A stretch of 64,000 bases of DNA from the NCBI GenBank assembly GCA_043819555.1, contig JBDREQ010000001.1, positions 1 through 64,000 on the forward strand. The letters run 5' to 3'. Below, one piece after another: positions 41,004 through 52,400 of this stretch; positions within the stretch are counted from its first letter, which is position 1, and the number at the start of each line of letters is the position of its first letter. The notes below the pieces were generated by a model. The model did not search any database. It saw nothing but the letters and a program-made list of their open reading frames with translations, and was not told the origin of the DNA. This DNA is from Candidatus Zixiibacteriota bacterium (GTDB taxonomy: Bacteria > Zixibacteria > MSB-5A5 > GN15 > JAAZOE01). Position numbers and translations under genes: made by a program.

Positions 41004-41795
41004 TTACAGTTTTTCAAAAATAGTATCCGCCAATTTGATAAAATCATCGAGTTCGAGTTGCTCGGCTCTTGTGGTCGATGAATTTGTCAGCTTGATAATT
41101 ATTTTTTCCAATTCTTCTCTGGGCAAGGGATAGGCTGAATTGAGATTATTCAATAGCGATTTGCGTTTTCCCGAAAAACTATTCCGAACGAATTTCTCAA
41201 ATCGTCTCAAATCCGAAATCGGATATTGGCGGTTATGGCGAATGAACTTAACGACCGTCGAATCGACTTTAGGGGGGGGACGAAAAGAATCGGGAGGTAC
41301 CGGGCAGACTATTTCGCTATCGAAATACAATGATGTTAAAACTGAGATCGTGGACCTGGCTTTTTTGCCCGGCGGTGAAATCACCCTTTCGGCCACTTCT
41401 TTCTGCATCATAAAAATGGCGCGATTAATCTGGGCATGATACAGCATCAGCCAATCCATTATGGGTGTCGTGATGTTATAGGGTAAATTGCCAATGACAG
41501 CAAAATCATCCAATCCTGCTTCACGTGGATTAACCCCCAAAATATCGGTTTCGACGACTCGGAAATTTCCTCTGTCTGAAAATTCTTTGGCCAGCCGGGG
41601 AGCCAGCCGTCGGTCAAGTTCAATCGCGACAATATCCGCCCCGGAATTCACAAGAGGCAGCGTCAGGACCCCTTCACCGGGACCAATTTCCAGAATGGTT
41701 TCACCCAGCTGAGGATTTAAGGCTTCGATTAGTTGAATGATAATCAGGGGATCGATCAGGAAGTGCTGTCCGAGAGATTTCTTAGCCTTAGTCAT
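41004..41795 (-). CDS. rsmA: 16S rRNA adenine dimethyltransferase RsmA/KsgA
   Basis: KKSLGQHFL, EIGPG.G, NLPYNI, QKEVAER, PPPKVDS. Confidence 0.97.
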   Translation of the reverse strand: MTKAKKSLGQHFLIDPLIIIQLIEALNPQLGETILEIGPGEGVLTLPLVNSGADIVAIELDRRLAPRLAKEFSDRGNFRVVETDILGVNPREAGLDDFAVIGNLPYNITTPIMDWLMLYHAQINRAIFMMQKEVAERVISPPGKKARSTISVLTSLYFDSEIVCPVPPDSFRPPPKVDSTVVKFIRHNRQYPISDLRRFEKFVRNSFSGKRKSLLNNLNSAYPLPREELEKIIIKLTNSSTTRAEQLELDDFIKLADTIFEKL

Positions 41796-42565
41796 TATTC
41801 AAACATCTCTACCAGTCGAAATAATTTTTCAGCAGTGCGAGTCGTAATTTTCTCCGCTTCTTCAAAACTTATATTTCTTAGTTCAGCCAGTTTTTCGCAG
41901 ACTAATTTGACATAGGCTGGGCAATTTCGTTTGCCCCGATGCGGCATTGGCGTAAGATACGGGCAATCGGTTTCGATCAGTATTTTTGTTAAATCGATTT
42001 CCCGTCCGATATGCGCCATCTTCGAATTTTTATATGTCATTACGCCATTGACAGAGACATGAAATCCCGTAGAAATTACTTTTTCGGCTTGCTCGACCGT
42101 TCCCGGAAAACAATGAAACACTCCGGATAATTGTCCACTGTAATTTGACACTATCTCAAAGGCTTCATCGAGGGCGTCGCGTACATGAATGACAACCGGC
42201 ATTTTCAGTTCAACGGCAAGGTCAAGCTGCTTTACAAAGACCACACGCTGGATCTTTCGCGGCGATAAATCACGAAAGTAATCAAGGCCGATCTCTCCGA
42301 TCCCGACTACTTTGGGATTCCCGGCCATTTTTCGCATTTCAATCATGAATTCATCGGTCATAGTTTTGGCATCATGAGGATGAATCCCCACCGTGCAGAA
42401 TATATTATCGTATTCATTTGCCAGATGAAAAGATCTGCGGGTCGAATCCACGTCGGCTCCAATATTAATCAAACGATCAACTCCATATTCGGAAGCACGA
42501 ACGATAACATCCTCGCGGTCATTATCGAAATCCCGAAAATCAATATGGCAATGAGTATCTATCAT
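41795..42565 (-). CDS. tatD: TatD family hydrolase
   Basis: DTHCH, GIHPH, GEIGLDY, HCF, ETDCPYL. Confidence 0.95.
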   Translation of the reverse strand: MIDTHCHIDFRDFDNDREDVIVRASEYGVDRLINIGADVDSTRRSFHLANEYDNIFCTVGIHPHDAKTMTDEFMIEMRKMAGNPKVVGIGEIGLDYFRDLSPRKIQRVVFVKQLDLAVELKMPVVIHVRDALDEAFEIVSNYSGQLSGVFHCFPGTVEQAEKVISTGFHVSVNGVMTYKNSKMAHIGREIDLTKILIETDCPYLTPMPHRGKRNCPAYVKLVCEKLAELRNISFEEAEKITTRTAEKLFRLVEMFE

Positions 42566-42583
42566 GAGAAAACTGAGTATCCG

Positions 42584-44506
42584 TCAGCTAATACCAGCGC
42601 CGGGCTCCATATCGCCATCAACAGTCACAACTTTAAGCACGCCGTCTTTCTTTGCGGCCAGAAGCATTCCATTTGATTCCAGACCCCTGATTTTGGCCGG
42701 TTTCAAATTGGCGATTACAATTATATTTTTGCCGATTATTTCTTCCGGGCCATAATGTTCGGCTATCCCAGCCACAATTTGCCGTTTTTCGTAACCCATA
42801 TCAATTTGCAGTTTCAGAAGTTTATCCGCCTTTTCGACTTTTTCGGCGTCAAGTACCCGAGCGACTCGCAAGTTTACTTTGGCAAAATCATCAATCGCGA
42901 TAAGTCCCGAATCATCTTCGGATTTTTCATCTGCGCTTGTATTAACCAAAGTCGGAACATCTTTGACATCCAGTCGAGGGAAAATTGATTTCTTGAAATT
43001 TATTTTATTGCCGCCTGGCAAATCAAACCATGTACAGGCGGAATTCAGGGTCAGAGTATCATCATTCAGTCCAAAAACTTCCCGGACCTCCCTCATCTTG
43101 GCCGGCATAATTGGATAAAGTAAGATACAGGCGATACGGACTAATTCGGCGGCAGTATATAATACTCCGCCAACAATATCGAGCTTTCCTTCTTTGGCCA
43201 GCTTCCACGGGGCAGCATCTTCAATAAATTTATTAGTTGCCCGAATTAAATTCAATGTATCATTGATGGCGTTAGTTATCCTGAAATTCCTGACATGATC
43301 ATAAACTGTTCCGGTCAGTTTTTCGGCCATTTCCATCATTTCTCTCTGACCGGGAGCATCATCGCATGGTTGAGGAATTTTGCCGCCGCAGAACTGCATC
43401 GTCATTTTGGCAACTCGAGATACCAGATTACCAAGGTCATTGGCCAGATCGGCATTATAGCGAGTGACGAATTCGTTTTCTTTTACATCACCATCAACGC
43501 CGAATGGATATTGATTTAAGAGCAGGTATCGCGTGGCATCAACGCCATAAATATCTACCATGGCTTTGGGATCGATCATGTTGCCGGCTGATTTTCCCAT
43601 CTTTTCGCCATTAACAGTAAAGAAACCATGGATAAACATCCGGTCAGGCAATTTTATTTTTGCCGCCATCAGCATCGCGGGCCAAAATATGGTATGGAAT
43701 TTGAGAATATCTTTGGCCATCAGATGCACGACTTCGGCATTATTCCACCAAGCATCGAATTGTTCTTGATCATCCTCATAACCAATGGCTGATATATAGT
43801 TGGGAAGAGCATCAACCCAGACATAAGCTATTTGTTTGGGGTCGAACGGCAACGGAATCCCCCATTTTACGGTTTCTCGCGAGATTGAAAAATCAGGTAA
43901 GTCAATATTCAATAGACCGAGGACTTCCTTGCGCCTTTCTTCCGGCAAAATTACCAGTTCATTATTCACAACCATTTTTTTAAGAATAGGAATAAACGGT
44001 TTGAGGCGGAAGAAGTAATTTCTTTCCTTGAGTGGAGTTGCCGGTTTTTTATGTATTGGGCAATTGCCGTTATCCAAATCCGTTTCCGTCAAAAATTTCT
44101 CGCAACCAGTACAGTATAACCCTTCATAGACGCCATCATAAATTACATTCTGACCGTCGGGAGTTTTGGCCTCTTTGAGAATCGTCAGTAGTTTTTGAAC
44201 CGCTCTGATATGCCTCTCATCCGTTGTCCGGACAAAGTAATTATTATCCAGGCCTAATGTCTTCCATGATTCCCTGAATTTCTGAACAACCTCATCGCAA
44301 AAATCCTGTGTAGATTTCCCCGCGGCGGCAGCCGTATCGGCGACTTTGGAACCATGTTCATCAGTGCCGGTTAGAAAAAACGATTTTCTTCCGGCAATTT
44401 TGTGAAATCGCGATAAAAAATCAGCAGCGATTGAAGTATAGGCATGACCTATATGCGGTTTATCGTTTACATAATAAATCGGCGTTGTGACATAAAAATT
44501 GTTCAA
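42584..44506 (-). CDS. metG: Methionine--tRNA ligase with C-terminal tRNA-binding domain
   Basis: TTPIYYVN..PHIGH, GTDEHG, zinc knuckle CTGC...CPIH, YVW.DAL, KMGKS, C-terminal OB fold. Confidence 0.98.
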   Translation of the reverse strand: MNNFYVTTPIYYVNDKPHIGHAYTSIAADFLSRFHKIAGRKSFFLTGTDEHGSKVADTAAAAGKSTQDFCDEVVQKFRESWKTLGLDNNYFVRTTDERHIRAVQKLLTILKEAKTPDGQNVIYDGVYEGLYCTGCEKFLTETDLDNGNCPIHKKPATPLKERNYFFRLKPFIPILKKMVVNNELVILPEERRKEVLGLLNIDLPDFSISRETVKWGIPLPFDPKQIAYVWVDALPNYISAIGYEDDQEQFDAWWNNAEVVHLMAKDILKFHTIFWPAMLMAAKIKLPDRMFIHGFFTVNGEKMGKSAGNMIDPKAMVDIYGVDATRYLLLNQYPFGVDGDVKENEFVTRYNADLANDLGNLVSRVAKMTMQFCGGKIPQPCDDAPGQREMMEMAEKLTGTVYDHVRNFRITNAINDTLNLIRATNKFIEDAAPWKLAKEGKLDIVGGVLYTAAELVRIACILLYPIMPAKMREVREVFGLNDDTLTLNSACTWFDLPGGNKINFKKSIFPRLDVKDVPTLVNTSADEKSEDDSGLIAIDDFAKVNLRVARVLDAEKVEKADKLLKLQIDMGYEKRQIVAGIAEHYGPEEIIGKNIIVIANLKPAKIRGLESNGMLLAAKKDGVLKVVTVDGDMEPGAGIS

Positions 44507-44532
44507 TTTGGCAATTCCTTCTCCTTAAATTT

Positions 44533-45369
44533 CTACTCGCGCCAATTATTGAAAAACGATCCTTTTTGGCGTTCCTTTAAACGAATATCATTGAGTGTTA
44601 TTTTTTCCATTTCACCGTTTTCAAGCCTGACCTGCATATACTTTTCAAAGATATTTATTGTCTCAACAATGCCTATACCCTTTTCAGTTTTATACTCTTC
44701 GCCCTGAGGCGGAAATTTTCCTATAATCTCTTTATAATGTTCCGTTTCATAGGTAAGACAGCATAGAAGCCTCCCGCAATTACCCGAAATCTTCGAAGGA
44801 TTAAGCGATAAGTTTTGCTCACGGGCAAATTGGGTTGAGATGGGATCGAATTTATGCAAAAAAGTGCAACAACATTGAGTCAATCCACACACTCCGAAAC
44901 CACCCAATCTGCGAGCGGCATCACGTACTCCGATTTGGCGTAATTCTATACGGGTTTTATAGATAGCGGCCAGATCACGGACCAGGGAGCGAAAATCGAC
45001 CCGCTGGTCGGCCGTAAAATAAAAAGTTAACTTATTTCTATCATGCTGATATTCCGAATCAATCAGTTTCATTTGGAGATTATGCTTGATTATTAATTTC
45101 CCACAGCATTCAATAGCCTTTTTTTCATCCCGGGCGTTTTCCTCCTGGATTTTAAAATCACCGGCCGAAGCCGGCCTTAGAATAGACAGAGGTTTCTCAT
45201 CGGGACCGATATAGTCTTCATTCAGTACTTTTTCAGAGGTAATCCCTAAATCCTCTCCCCTCTCAGCCTCGACGATCACTTTATTGCCTTTGTCAAGACT
45301 GTGATAATAAGTATTGAAGTAGAATCCTCGCCGAAATCCTTTGAATGCAACTATATATAAATCGGGCAT
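44533..45369 (-). CDS. ricT: PSP1/RicT (YaaT) family Fe-S regulatory protein
   Basis: FYFTA.QRVDFR.LV, RIELRQIGVRD, G.CG...CC, KISG.CGRLLCCL.YE. Confidence 0.9.
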   Translation of the reverse strand: MPDLYIVAFKGFRRGFYFNTYYHSLDKGNKVIVEAERGEDLGITSEKVLNEDYIGPDEKPLSILRPASAGDFKIQEENARDEKKAIECCGKLIIKHNLQMKLIDSEYQHDRNKLTFYFTADQRVDFRSLVRDLAAIYKTRIELRQIGVRDAARRLGGFGVCGLTQCCCTFLHKFDPISTQFAREQNLSLNPSKISGNCGRLLCCLTYETEHYKEIIGKFPPQGEEYKTEKGIGIVETINIFEKYMQVRLENGEMEKITLNDIRLKERQKGSFFNNWRE

Positions 45370-45587
45370 ATTTTCTCCTAAACCAAACATTATGATATAA
45401 TCATAGGCAGAAGTCAACAGGAAAGCACTTTTGGGCGGCGTTGATTAGGGGTTAAACTGCAAGTGTTTTTTTTAATTAAGGACTGTTTTACTATTGATTT
45501 TGCAAACTATTTCCATAGATTCTTGTACAAGATAGTAAGGAAGAAAAATATTTCCCTCGCGAGGGAAAAAGTAAAAGGAGTAGGTAT

Positions 45588-46100
45588 ATGCGTTTAAAAG
45601 CAATCATTGCTATAGTCACCATGATTCTTGTCGCCGGAATGTTTGTACTGGTGGTTGCCGATGAAGCTAAAAAAGCTGAAACAAAACATGCTTACATCGG
45701 CGCGAATAAATGCAAAATGTGCCATAAAAAGGATGGTATCTTTGATTCGTGGTCTGCGACAGCACATGCGACCGTATACGATAAGCTATCCGAGGCCGAT
45801 AAGGCCAAAGACGAACTCAAGAAATATTATACTACCGGAACTGACGACAAGGGAGTACTTTTAGAAGGTGTACAATGTGAAGCCTGTCATGGCGCCGGAG
45901 CCGATTATAAAAAGAAATCCATTATGGAGGATCGTGAACAGGCGATTGCCAATGGACTGATAATTCCCGACGAGAAAACCTGTAAATGCTGCCACAATGA
46001 AAAGGCCCCGGGCAAATTGGCTGAAAGCGCTAAAGCATTTGATTTTGCCAAGATGAAAGCCAAAGGCGTTCACGCCCCGGCGGCAACTGAAAAAAAATAA
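45588..46100 (+). CDS. Periplasmic multiheme cytochrome c (c554/c552-like), three CxxCH motifs
   Basis: Signal peptide; YIG..KCKMCH, GVQCEACHG.G, CKCCH; AAGGAG RBS. Confidence 0.88.
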   Translation: MRLKAIIAIVTMILVAGMFVLVVADEAKKAETKHAYIGANKCKMCHKKDGIFDSWSATAHATVYDKLSEADKAKDELKKYYTTGTDDKGVLLEGVQCEACHGAGADYKKKSIMEDREQAIANGLIIPDEKTCKCCHNEKAPGKLAESAKAFDFAKMKAKGVHAPAATEKK

Positions 46101-46117
46101 TGTAATTCTATTTTTTG

Positions 46118-46146
46118 AAACGCCTCCATTGGGGGCGTTTTTTTTT
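46118..46146 (+). terminator. Intrinsic terminator
   Basis: AAACGCCTCC-ATT-GGGGGCGTTT followed by a T run. Confidence 0.8.
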
Positions 46147-46257
46147 GCCAATTATTCAAAAATCCAAATCCATATTATGAACCTGCTCCGGTTGACATTA
46201 CCCGCATTTCTATATAAATTTGAGCTCTAACCAAACATCACAGATTGGAGAATCGCA

Positions 46258-49200
46258 TTGAAACAATCATCTAAGATTTTTGGAATCCTTCTCATTCTTT
46301 TAATTTCATTTACAATTTTAACCATTGCAGAGGATATCAAATACGCAAGATATCCGACTTTATCTCCAGACGGTTCGACAATAGCCTTTTCGTATTTTGG
46401 AGATATCTGGACGGTACCTTCCGGAGGTGGGGAAGCTACTCGTCTGACTATACACGATGCGGTTGACATTCTGCCATTTTATTCACCCGATGGAAAATAC
46501 ATTTTATTCACCTCATGGCGATATAACAATGCCGACGTTTTTGTTATGCCCGCCGAAGGGGGTGAGGCCCGGCAAATTACCGTCCACACATCATACGATT
46601 ATGGCAGTGGCTGGACCCCGGAGGGTGACTCGATAATAATTAATTCAGGCCGGGAAGGGCGCTACGATATATACAAAATCGCCTTATCCGGCGGTACGCC
46701 TATTAAATTAACCGGTTATCATTACGCCGCGGAATACAATGGACGCATTTCTCCTGATGGCAAATATCTCATTTTTAACAACGGTTCTAACCGGTGGTGG
46801 CGAAGGGACTTAAAAGCCAGCATTCCTGCCAATATTTATATCCAGGATCGCGCCGAAGAGAAATTTACATCGAGACGCCTGACCAATGAACCGCGCCATA
46901 ACCTTTGGCCTATATTGAATGCCGATTTGGGCGAAGTCTATTATGTTTCATGCCCGGATGATTGGGCTCAGGTCTGGAAAATTCCGTTTGAAGGAGGAAA
47001 ACCAAAACCATTAACCAGTTTTAAGGGAGACGGCGTTCAATGGCTCAATTCCAATCCGCAGGGTAATAAACTTGTTTTCGAACAAGGTTTTGATATCTGG
47101 ATGCTTGATCCGGTCGAGGGGAAGCCAAAACGGATTCCAATTTCTATTCGTTCCGATGAAAAATTCAATTTGATTGAAACTAAATCATTTAAAAGTGATG
47201 TCGATTGGTACTCTGTTTCTCCTGATGAAAAGAAAATCGCAACGATAATCCATGGCGAAATATTTATTATACCGTCTAAAGATCCGGAGGAAGGCTTCAG
47301 GATCACTAATACCCCATCACGGGAAATTACCCCGGTATGGGGAAATGATTCCAAAACGCTATATTATTCATCCGACCGCAATGGCAATTATGATTTATAT
47401 AGCGTCGATGTTACGACCAGAGAGGAAAAACAATTAACTTCATCCGACGAAAACGATGTCAAACCGCTAGTATCCCCCGATGGCAAATATCTCGCATATT
47501 ATCGCGGATTGGACAAATTAATGCGATATGATATCGAATCAAGCAGTGAAACAACCTGGGTTGAAGGAAATTTTTACGATTTGAGTCTTGAGCAGAACTT
47601 TGAGTATGATTGGTCGCCTGATTCAAAATGGCTCACCTTTACAATGACCGGCCCTACTTATGAAATGCATATTTACGCAATTTCTCTTGACGGCGAGCCT
47701 CAGCTTTTATCCAAATCCTCAGGATGGAGCTATAGTCCTCGATTTTCTAAAGATAGCAAAATAATCTATTTCTCTAACTCTTTTGAGGGGGAAATTAAAA
47801 CATTTAAAATTGATTTGCGGCATGAGCCTTTTGAATTTTATGAATCATCATTCGATTCCCTGTTTATAGAAGGGCCGGAAGATGAGAAGGAAGAAAATGG
47901 AAAGGGGAAGAAGGATAAAAAAGACAAAGATAACAAAGATGAATTGGTTCAAGAAACCTTGATTGATTTTACTCGCATTGAAAAAAGGCGAGCGCTGGCT
48001 TTCGATTTATCGGGTTCTAACAGCTCACCCGTATTAACTCCCGATGGCGAAAAATTCGTATTTATCGCTTCTCTTCTGGAAGATCCGGAAATATGGTCGG
48101 TTGACACCGAAGACAAACTCGATCTGAAACAACTGACTCATTCAAAATCCGAAAAGTCTTTTTTACGCGTTTCGAAGGATTCAAAATCCATCTATTTCCT
48201 CGAAGATGAAAAGATTAAAAAAATCGGGATAGACGACAGCAAAATGAGTACTGTCAGCTTTTCGGCGGTAATGGATATTGAACTCCCGGAACTCAATCGG
48301 CAGAAATTTCAGGAATCATGGCAATTGCTGAATTCGTTTTTCTATGATAATGAATTTCATGGCACAGACTGGAATGCCGTCCGAAAAAAATATAAACCTC
48401 TTGTGGAGCATGTTCGTTCCGACCGGGAGTTTAGAGATGTCGTCCTTGAAATGATGGGCGAATTGAGAGCTTCTCATTTAAGTATATATTCTCGCGATCC
48501 CGGACCGAATCGCAATATTGTTACAGCCGAAACCGGCATTATGCTTGATTATGTAAATTTGGAGAAATCCGGCGATTTTCGGATTGCCCATGTCATACCT
48601 GAATCGCCGGCCGCAATCGCTGGAATTAAGACCGGACAATATATCATTAAAATTGATGACCATAAATTAAAATCGGGCGATAATTTTTTTTCTTACTTTT
48701 CCGGTAAAAATGGTAAGCGTCTGACATTAGCGATCGGAGATAAGGCGGGAGAAGAAGATACCAGCTTCGCAATTAAGCCAATTTCGAACAGTGAGTTAAC
48801 CGAACTTAAATATGATGAAATGATAGAAGACCGTAGACGATTGGTAGATGCACTTTCAGATAATCGATTGGCATACATACACATATCCGCAATGTCGGGT
48901 ACCTGGCTGCGGAGATTCAAGCAAGAATTAATCGCTTATGCCGAAGAAAAAGATGGATTAATTATTGACGTCCGCGATAATGGAGGCGGTAATATTGCCG
49001 TTCATCTTCTGGGTATGTTGGCCAGAAAACCATTTTTCCTCAGAAGCTTCCGAGATTTCCCGATTACATCTGAGACCAAATATCGATCAAAGGCTTTCGA
49101 AAAACCAATGAACGTTCTGATAAATGGAGGCTCGGCGTCAAACTCTGAGATTTTCGCCGAAGGTTTTAGAAAATTGGGATTGGGTAAAGTTATCGGCGAA

Positions 49201-49419
49201 CCGACCGCGGGAGCTGTCATTGGCACCAGCAGCTATACTCTAATAGACGGGACCCGCATTCGCCGGCCTTCTACCGGGGCATATACTATTGATATGGAAG
49301 ATACCGATCTTTCTCCGCGTCAGCCGGATATTCTAGTCGAACGACTTCCTGATGATTTTATGAATGGAAGAGATCCGCAATTGGTCCGGGCTGTAAAAGA
49401 ACTGCTTAAGGAATTGTGA
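46258..49419 (+). CDS. Tricorn-like S41 protease (PD40 propellers, PDZ, S41 catalytic domain)
   Basis: Signal peptide, SPDG repeats, GEL.ASH, IIDVRDNGGG, SASNSE, IGEPTAG.VIG, DPQL..AV. Confidence 0.93.
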   Translation: MKQSSKIFGILLILLISFTILTIAEDIKYARYPTLSPDGSTIAFSYFGDIWTVPSGGGEATRLTIHDAVDILPFYSPDGKYILFTSWRYNNADVFVMPAEGGEARQITVHTSYDYGSGWTPEGDSIIINSGREGRYDIYKIALSGGTPIKLTGYHYAAEYNGRISPDGKYLIFNNGSNRWWRRDLKASIPANIYIQDRAEEKFTSRRLTNEPRHNLWPILNADLGEVYYVSCPDDWAQVWKIPFEGGKPKPLTSFKGDGVQWLNSNPQGNKLVFEQGFDIWMLDPVEGKPKRIPISIRSDEKFNLIETKSFKSDVDWYSVSPDEKKIATIIHGEIFIIPSKDPEEGFRITNTPSREITPVWGNDSKTLYYSSDRNGNYDLYSVDVTTREEKQLTSSDENDVKPLVSPDGKYLAYYRGLDKLMRYDIESSSETTWVEGNFYDLSLEQNFEYDWSPDSKWLTFTMTGPTYEMHIYAISLDGEPQLLSKSSGWSYSPRFSKDSKIIYFSNSFEGEIKTFKIDLRHEPFEFYESSFDSLFIEGPEDEKEENGKGKKDKKDKDNKDELVQETLIDFTRIEKRRALAFDLSGSNSSPVLTPDGEKFVFIASLLEDPEIWSVDTEDKLDLKQLTHSKSEKSFLRVSKDSKSIYFLEDEKIKKIGIDDSKMSTVSFSAVMDIELPELNRQKFQESWQLLNSFFYDNEFHGTDWNAVRKKYKPLVEHVRSDREFRDVVLEMMGELRASHLSIYSRDPGPNRNIVTAETGIMLDYVNLEKSGDFRIAHVIPESPAAIAGIKTGQYIIKIDDHKLKSGDNFFSYFSGKNGKRLTLAIGDKAGEEDTSFAIKPISNSELTELKYDEMIEDRRRLVDALSDNRLAYIHISAMSGTWLRRFKQELIAYAEEKDGLIIDVRDNGGGNIAVHLLGMLARKPFFLRSFRDFPITSETKYRSKAFEKPMNVLINGGSASNSEIFAEGFRKLGLGKVIGEPTAGAVIGTSSYTLIDGTRIRRPSTGAYTIDMEDTDLSPRQPDILVERLPDDFMNGRDPQLVRAVKELLKEL

Positions 49420-49432
49420 AAAAATAATATTC

Positions 49433-49476
49433 AATAAAAAAACCCTGAAGTGCTTTAATCAGGGCTTTTTTTTATT
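49433..49476. terminator. Bidirectional intrinsic terminator between the convergent tricorn genes
   Basis: A-tract, CCCTGA...TCAGGG stem, T-tract. Confidence 0.75.
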
Positions 49477-49484
49477 AGTTTGGC

Positions 49485-52400
49485 TTATCGTTTTTCAGGA
49501 ATTCCCGGGTGTGGAGGCAAAACCACCGGTTCATCTTTGATCTTTTTCAATAACATTTTTATCGCTTCTGATAATTGATCATCAAATCCATTAGCCAGCC
49601 GTTCAGGAGTATTATCAATTTCAATATCAGGTATAACGCCTTCGTTTTCCATCACCCATTCGCTGTCTATCGAATATGTGGCAAATTGAGGAACAAATAC
49701 ATATCCTCCATCGGAAAGAGATCGTGATCCCGAAATCCCAACTACTCCTCCCCAGGTCCTCATCCCCATAACAGTTCCCAGTTTATAAAACTTGAAAAAG
49801 TACGGGAAATTATCACCGTCCGAACATGAAAATTGATTACACAGAGTTATCATATGAGCTGTTACGGCTGTACCCGGACGCGGAGACGGATTTCCGTTGC
49901 GGGAAGTGTTGACTCCGGAAAGTCTTTCCTGCAGCCGATCGAGAACCAGCTGCGAAACAAAACCGCCTCCATTCCAGCGTACGTCTATAATGAGTCCTTC
50001 TTTCCGCAACTGATGATAAAACATCTGGTTGAATCGCACGAGGCCATAACTACCCATATCGGGCAAATGAATATATCCAATCTTCCCGTCAGAAATTGAA
50101 TCGACATAGGCCCGGTTAGACTCGACCCAATTGTAATACCGCAGGTCGCTTTCTGATGCCAGAGGCTCAATGACGACTTCACGAGCGTCATCCAAACTTG
50201 GCCGATCATTGACGGTTAAAGTAATCTTCTGATTCGCCTTATTCTGAGTCAGCTTATATGGATTCGTATCAGCCCAAATCTCCTCGCCATCGATGGCCAA
50301 AAGATAATCTCCTTCGTTGATATCGACGTGAGTTTCAGTCAATGGAGACCTCAATTGTCCGTTCCAGTTTTCACCATCAAGAATATTAACAATTTTAATT
50401 CTCTCATTTTTTTTATCGATTTCAAAATCACAACCCAAAAGCGCGACTCGGCTCGAAGGCGGATGATAATAATCTCCTCCACCGGTATATGTATGCGAGC
50501 AACATAATTCGCCTCGCATTTCTCCGATGAGATAGGTCAAATCGAAACGGTGGGCGACAAACGGAACCAAAGCTCCATATCTCTCGCGCATGAGTTCCCA
50601 GTTGACGCCATGCATATTTTCATTATAAAAAAAGTCACGGTCGCGCCGCCAGGCTTCATGAAACATCTGAGCGTATTCGGCCCTGCGATCCAGCTTCATA
50701 TTCATCTGTGAAGTATTTAACTGATTATCATCAAAACTCGCTTTATCGCCGGATATACTGACAATGTGATAGGAACCGCTGCGGGTCAAGAGCATGTTTT
50801 TACCTTTGGAGTCGAGAACATAACCGCCGATATTTGCCGCGAAATTGTGGTTTTTCCTGTCGTCAATGGCATATTTATATAATGTGCGTTCGCCGTCGGT
50901 AATATTCCCCTGCAAACCACTCAAGGGATTGGACACATAAAAGACGGCTCCGGAAACGGCCGACAAGCCCATATAATTTCCGGCCGGCAAATCGAACGCG
51001 ATCTGGCGATCATAAATTCCATCAAAATCAATTTTGATATTTGGAGAATCATCATCCGATTTACCATTATCTTCTTCTTGGCCTTTCTTATCTTCTTTCT
51101 TATCCTTGTCTTTATCCTCGTTCTTTGCAATAGAGACTTCATCGCTTTCAGGCAAAAACGGAGATTTGTCATCTTTATGGAGAAGGATCAGATATAGATT
51201 GGTAATTGCCGTATTAACGTATTGAAATTCGTAGCTGCCCAATAGAGGATTAAAAGATCGTTGTGAAAGAAAATAAATGTATTTACCGTCGGGATCAAAG
51301 ACCGGATTATAGTCTTCGGTATAGCCGGGCGTAATTTGGCGGGAGTCGCCGTCATCGATGGCATACACAAAAATGGCTCGGATATTATTTTCAAGATTTT
51401 TGTCATAAACAATGAACCTGCTATCAGGTGACCAATTGTGACCGCCAATTCCATTTTTATCATGATCAATAAGCATGATTTTTTTACTATCGATATCGAT
51501 ATAGTACAGATTATTATTCTTATCTTCAAAAGTCAGCATTTTACTGTCGGGCGACCACGTTCCCATGTAACGGAAGCAGTGACCATAATTTGTCAGGCGG
51601 AGTTTTTCCTTACCGTCTCCAGACATCAGGTATAGCTCATCTTCGCCGGTCTCATCGGATAAATAGGCGATCCACTTTCCGTCGGGCGACCAAATCGGTT
51701 CTTTATCATGAGCCCCCGAACTATTGGTCAAATTCCGGGTATTTCCTTCTTTGGCCGGGACCGTAAAAATGTCGCCCCTTGCTGAAAAAATGGCTCGCTT
51801 GGCATCAGGGGAAATATTGAAGTCATTAATACTATTATCCACCGAAATAAATTCCGGCCGGATAGAATTGTAGTCGGATATCATCTCAATTGAGATTTTT
51901 TTGATGGTTTCAGCCGGCAATTCCAGCAAGTAAATATAACCGCCATTTTCAAAGGCGATCGCATCTGATCCCAAGCTCGGCCAGCGAACATCAAAGTCTA
52001 TAAAACTTGTTACGGTGCGGGTTTCACCGGTGGTAATGTCATAACAATAGAGGTTCAACCGTCCCGTCCTGTCTGAATTGTAGTATATTTTATCACCATA
52101 CCACATGGGCATGTTGTCGGTTCCAATCCAGTCGGTTATCTTTTGAGCCTCAAGGCTCTCCAGATCAAAAATCCAGACATCCTGGGCCATCCCGCCTTTG
52201 TATCTTTTCCATGTCCGAAAATCTCGGAACTTGGGGCAGTAGGCGACCTTTTTGGCATCAGGAGAAAAGCTGGTGAATCCGGCCCAGGCCATTGGCAACG
52301 GCTTAGGCAATCCGCCGGTGGTCTTCACCAGGTACGCCCTGCCCTGCCATACATCAGGTTCTGCCTTACGGGAACGATATAAAATCGATTGACCGTCGGG

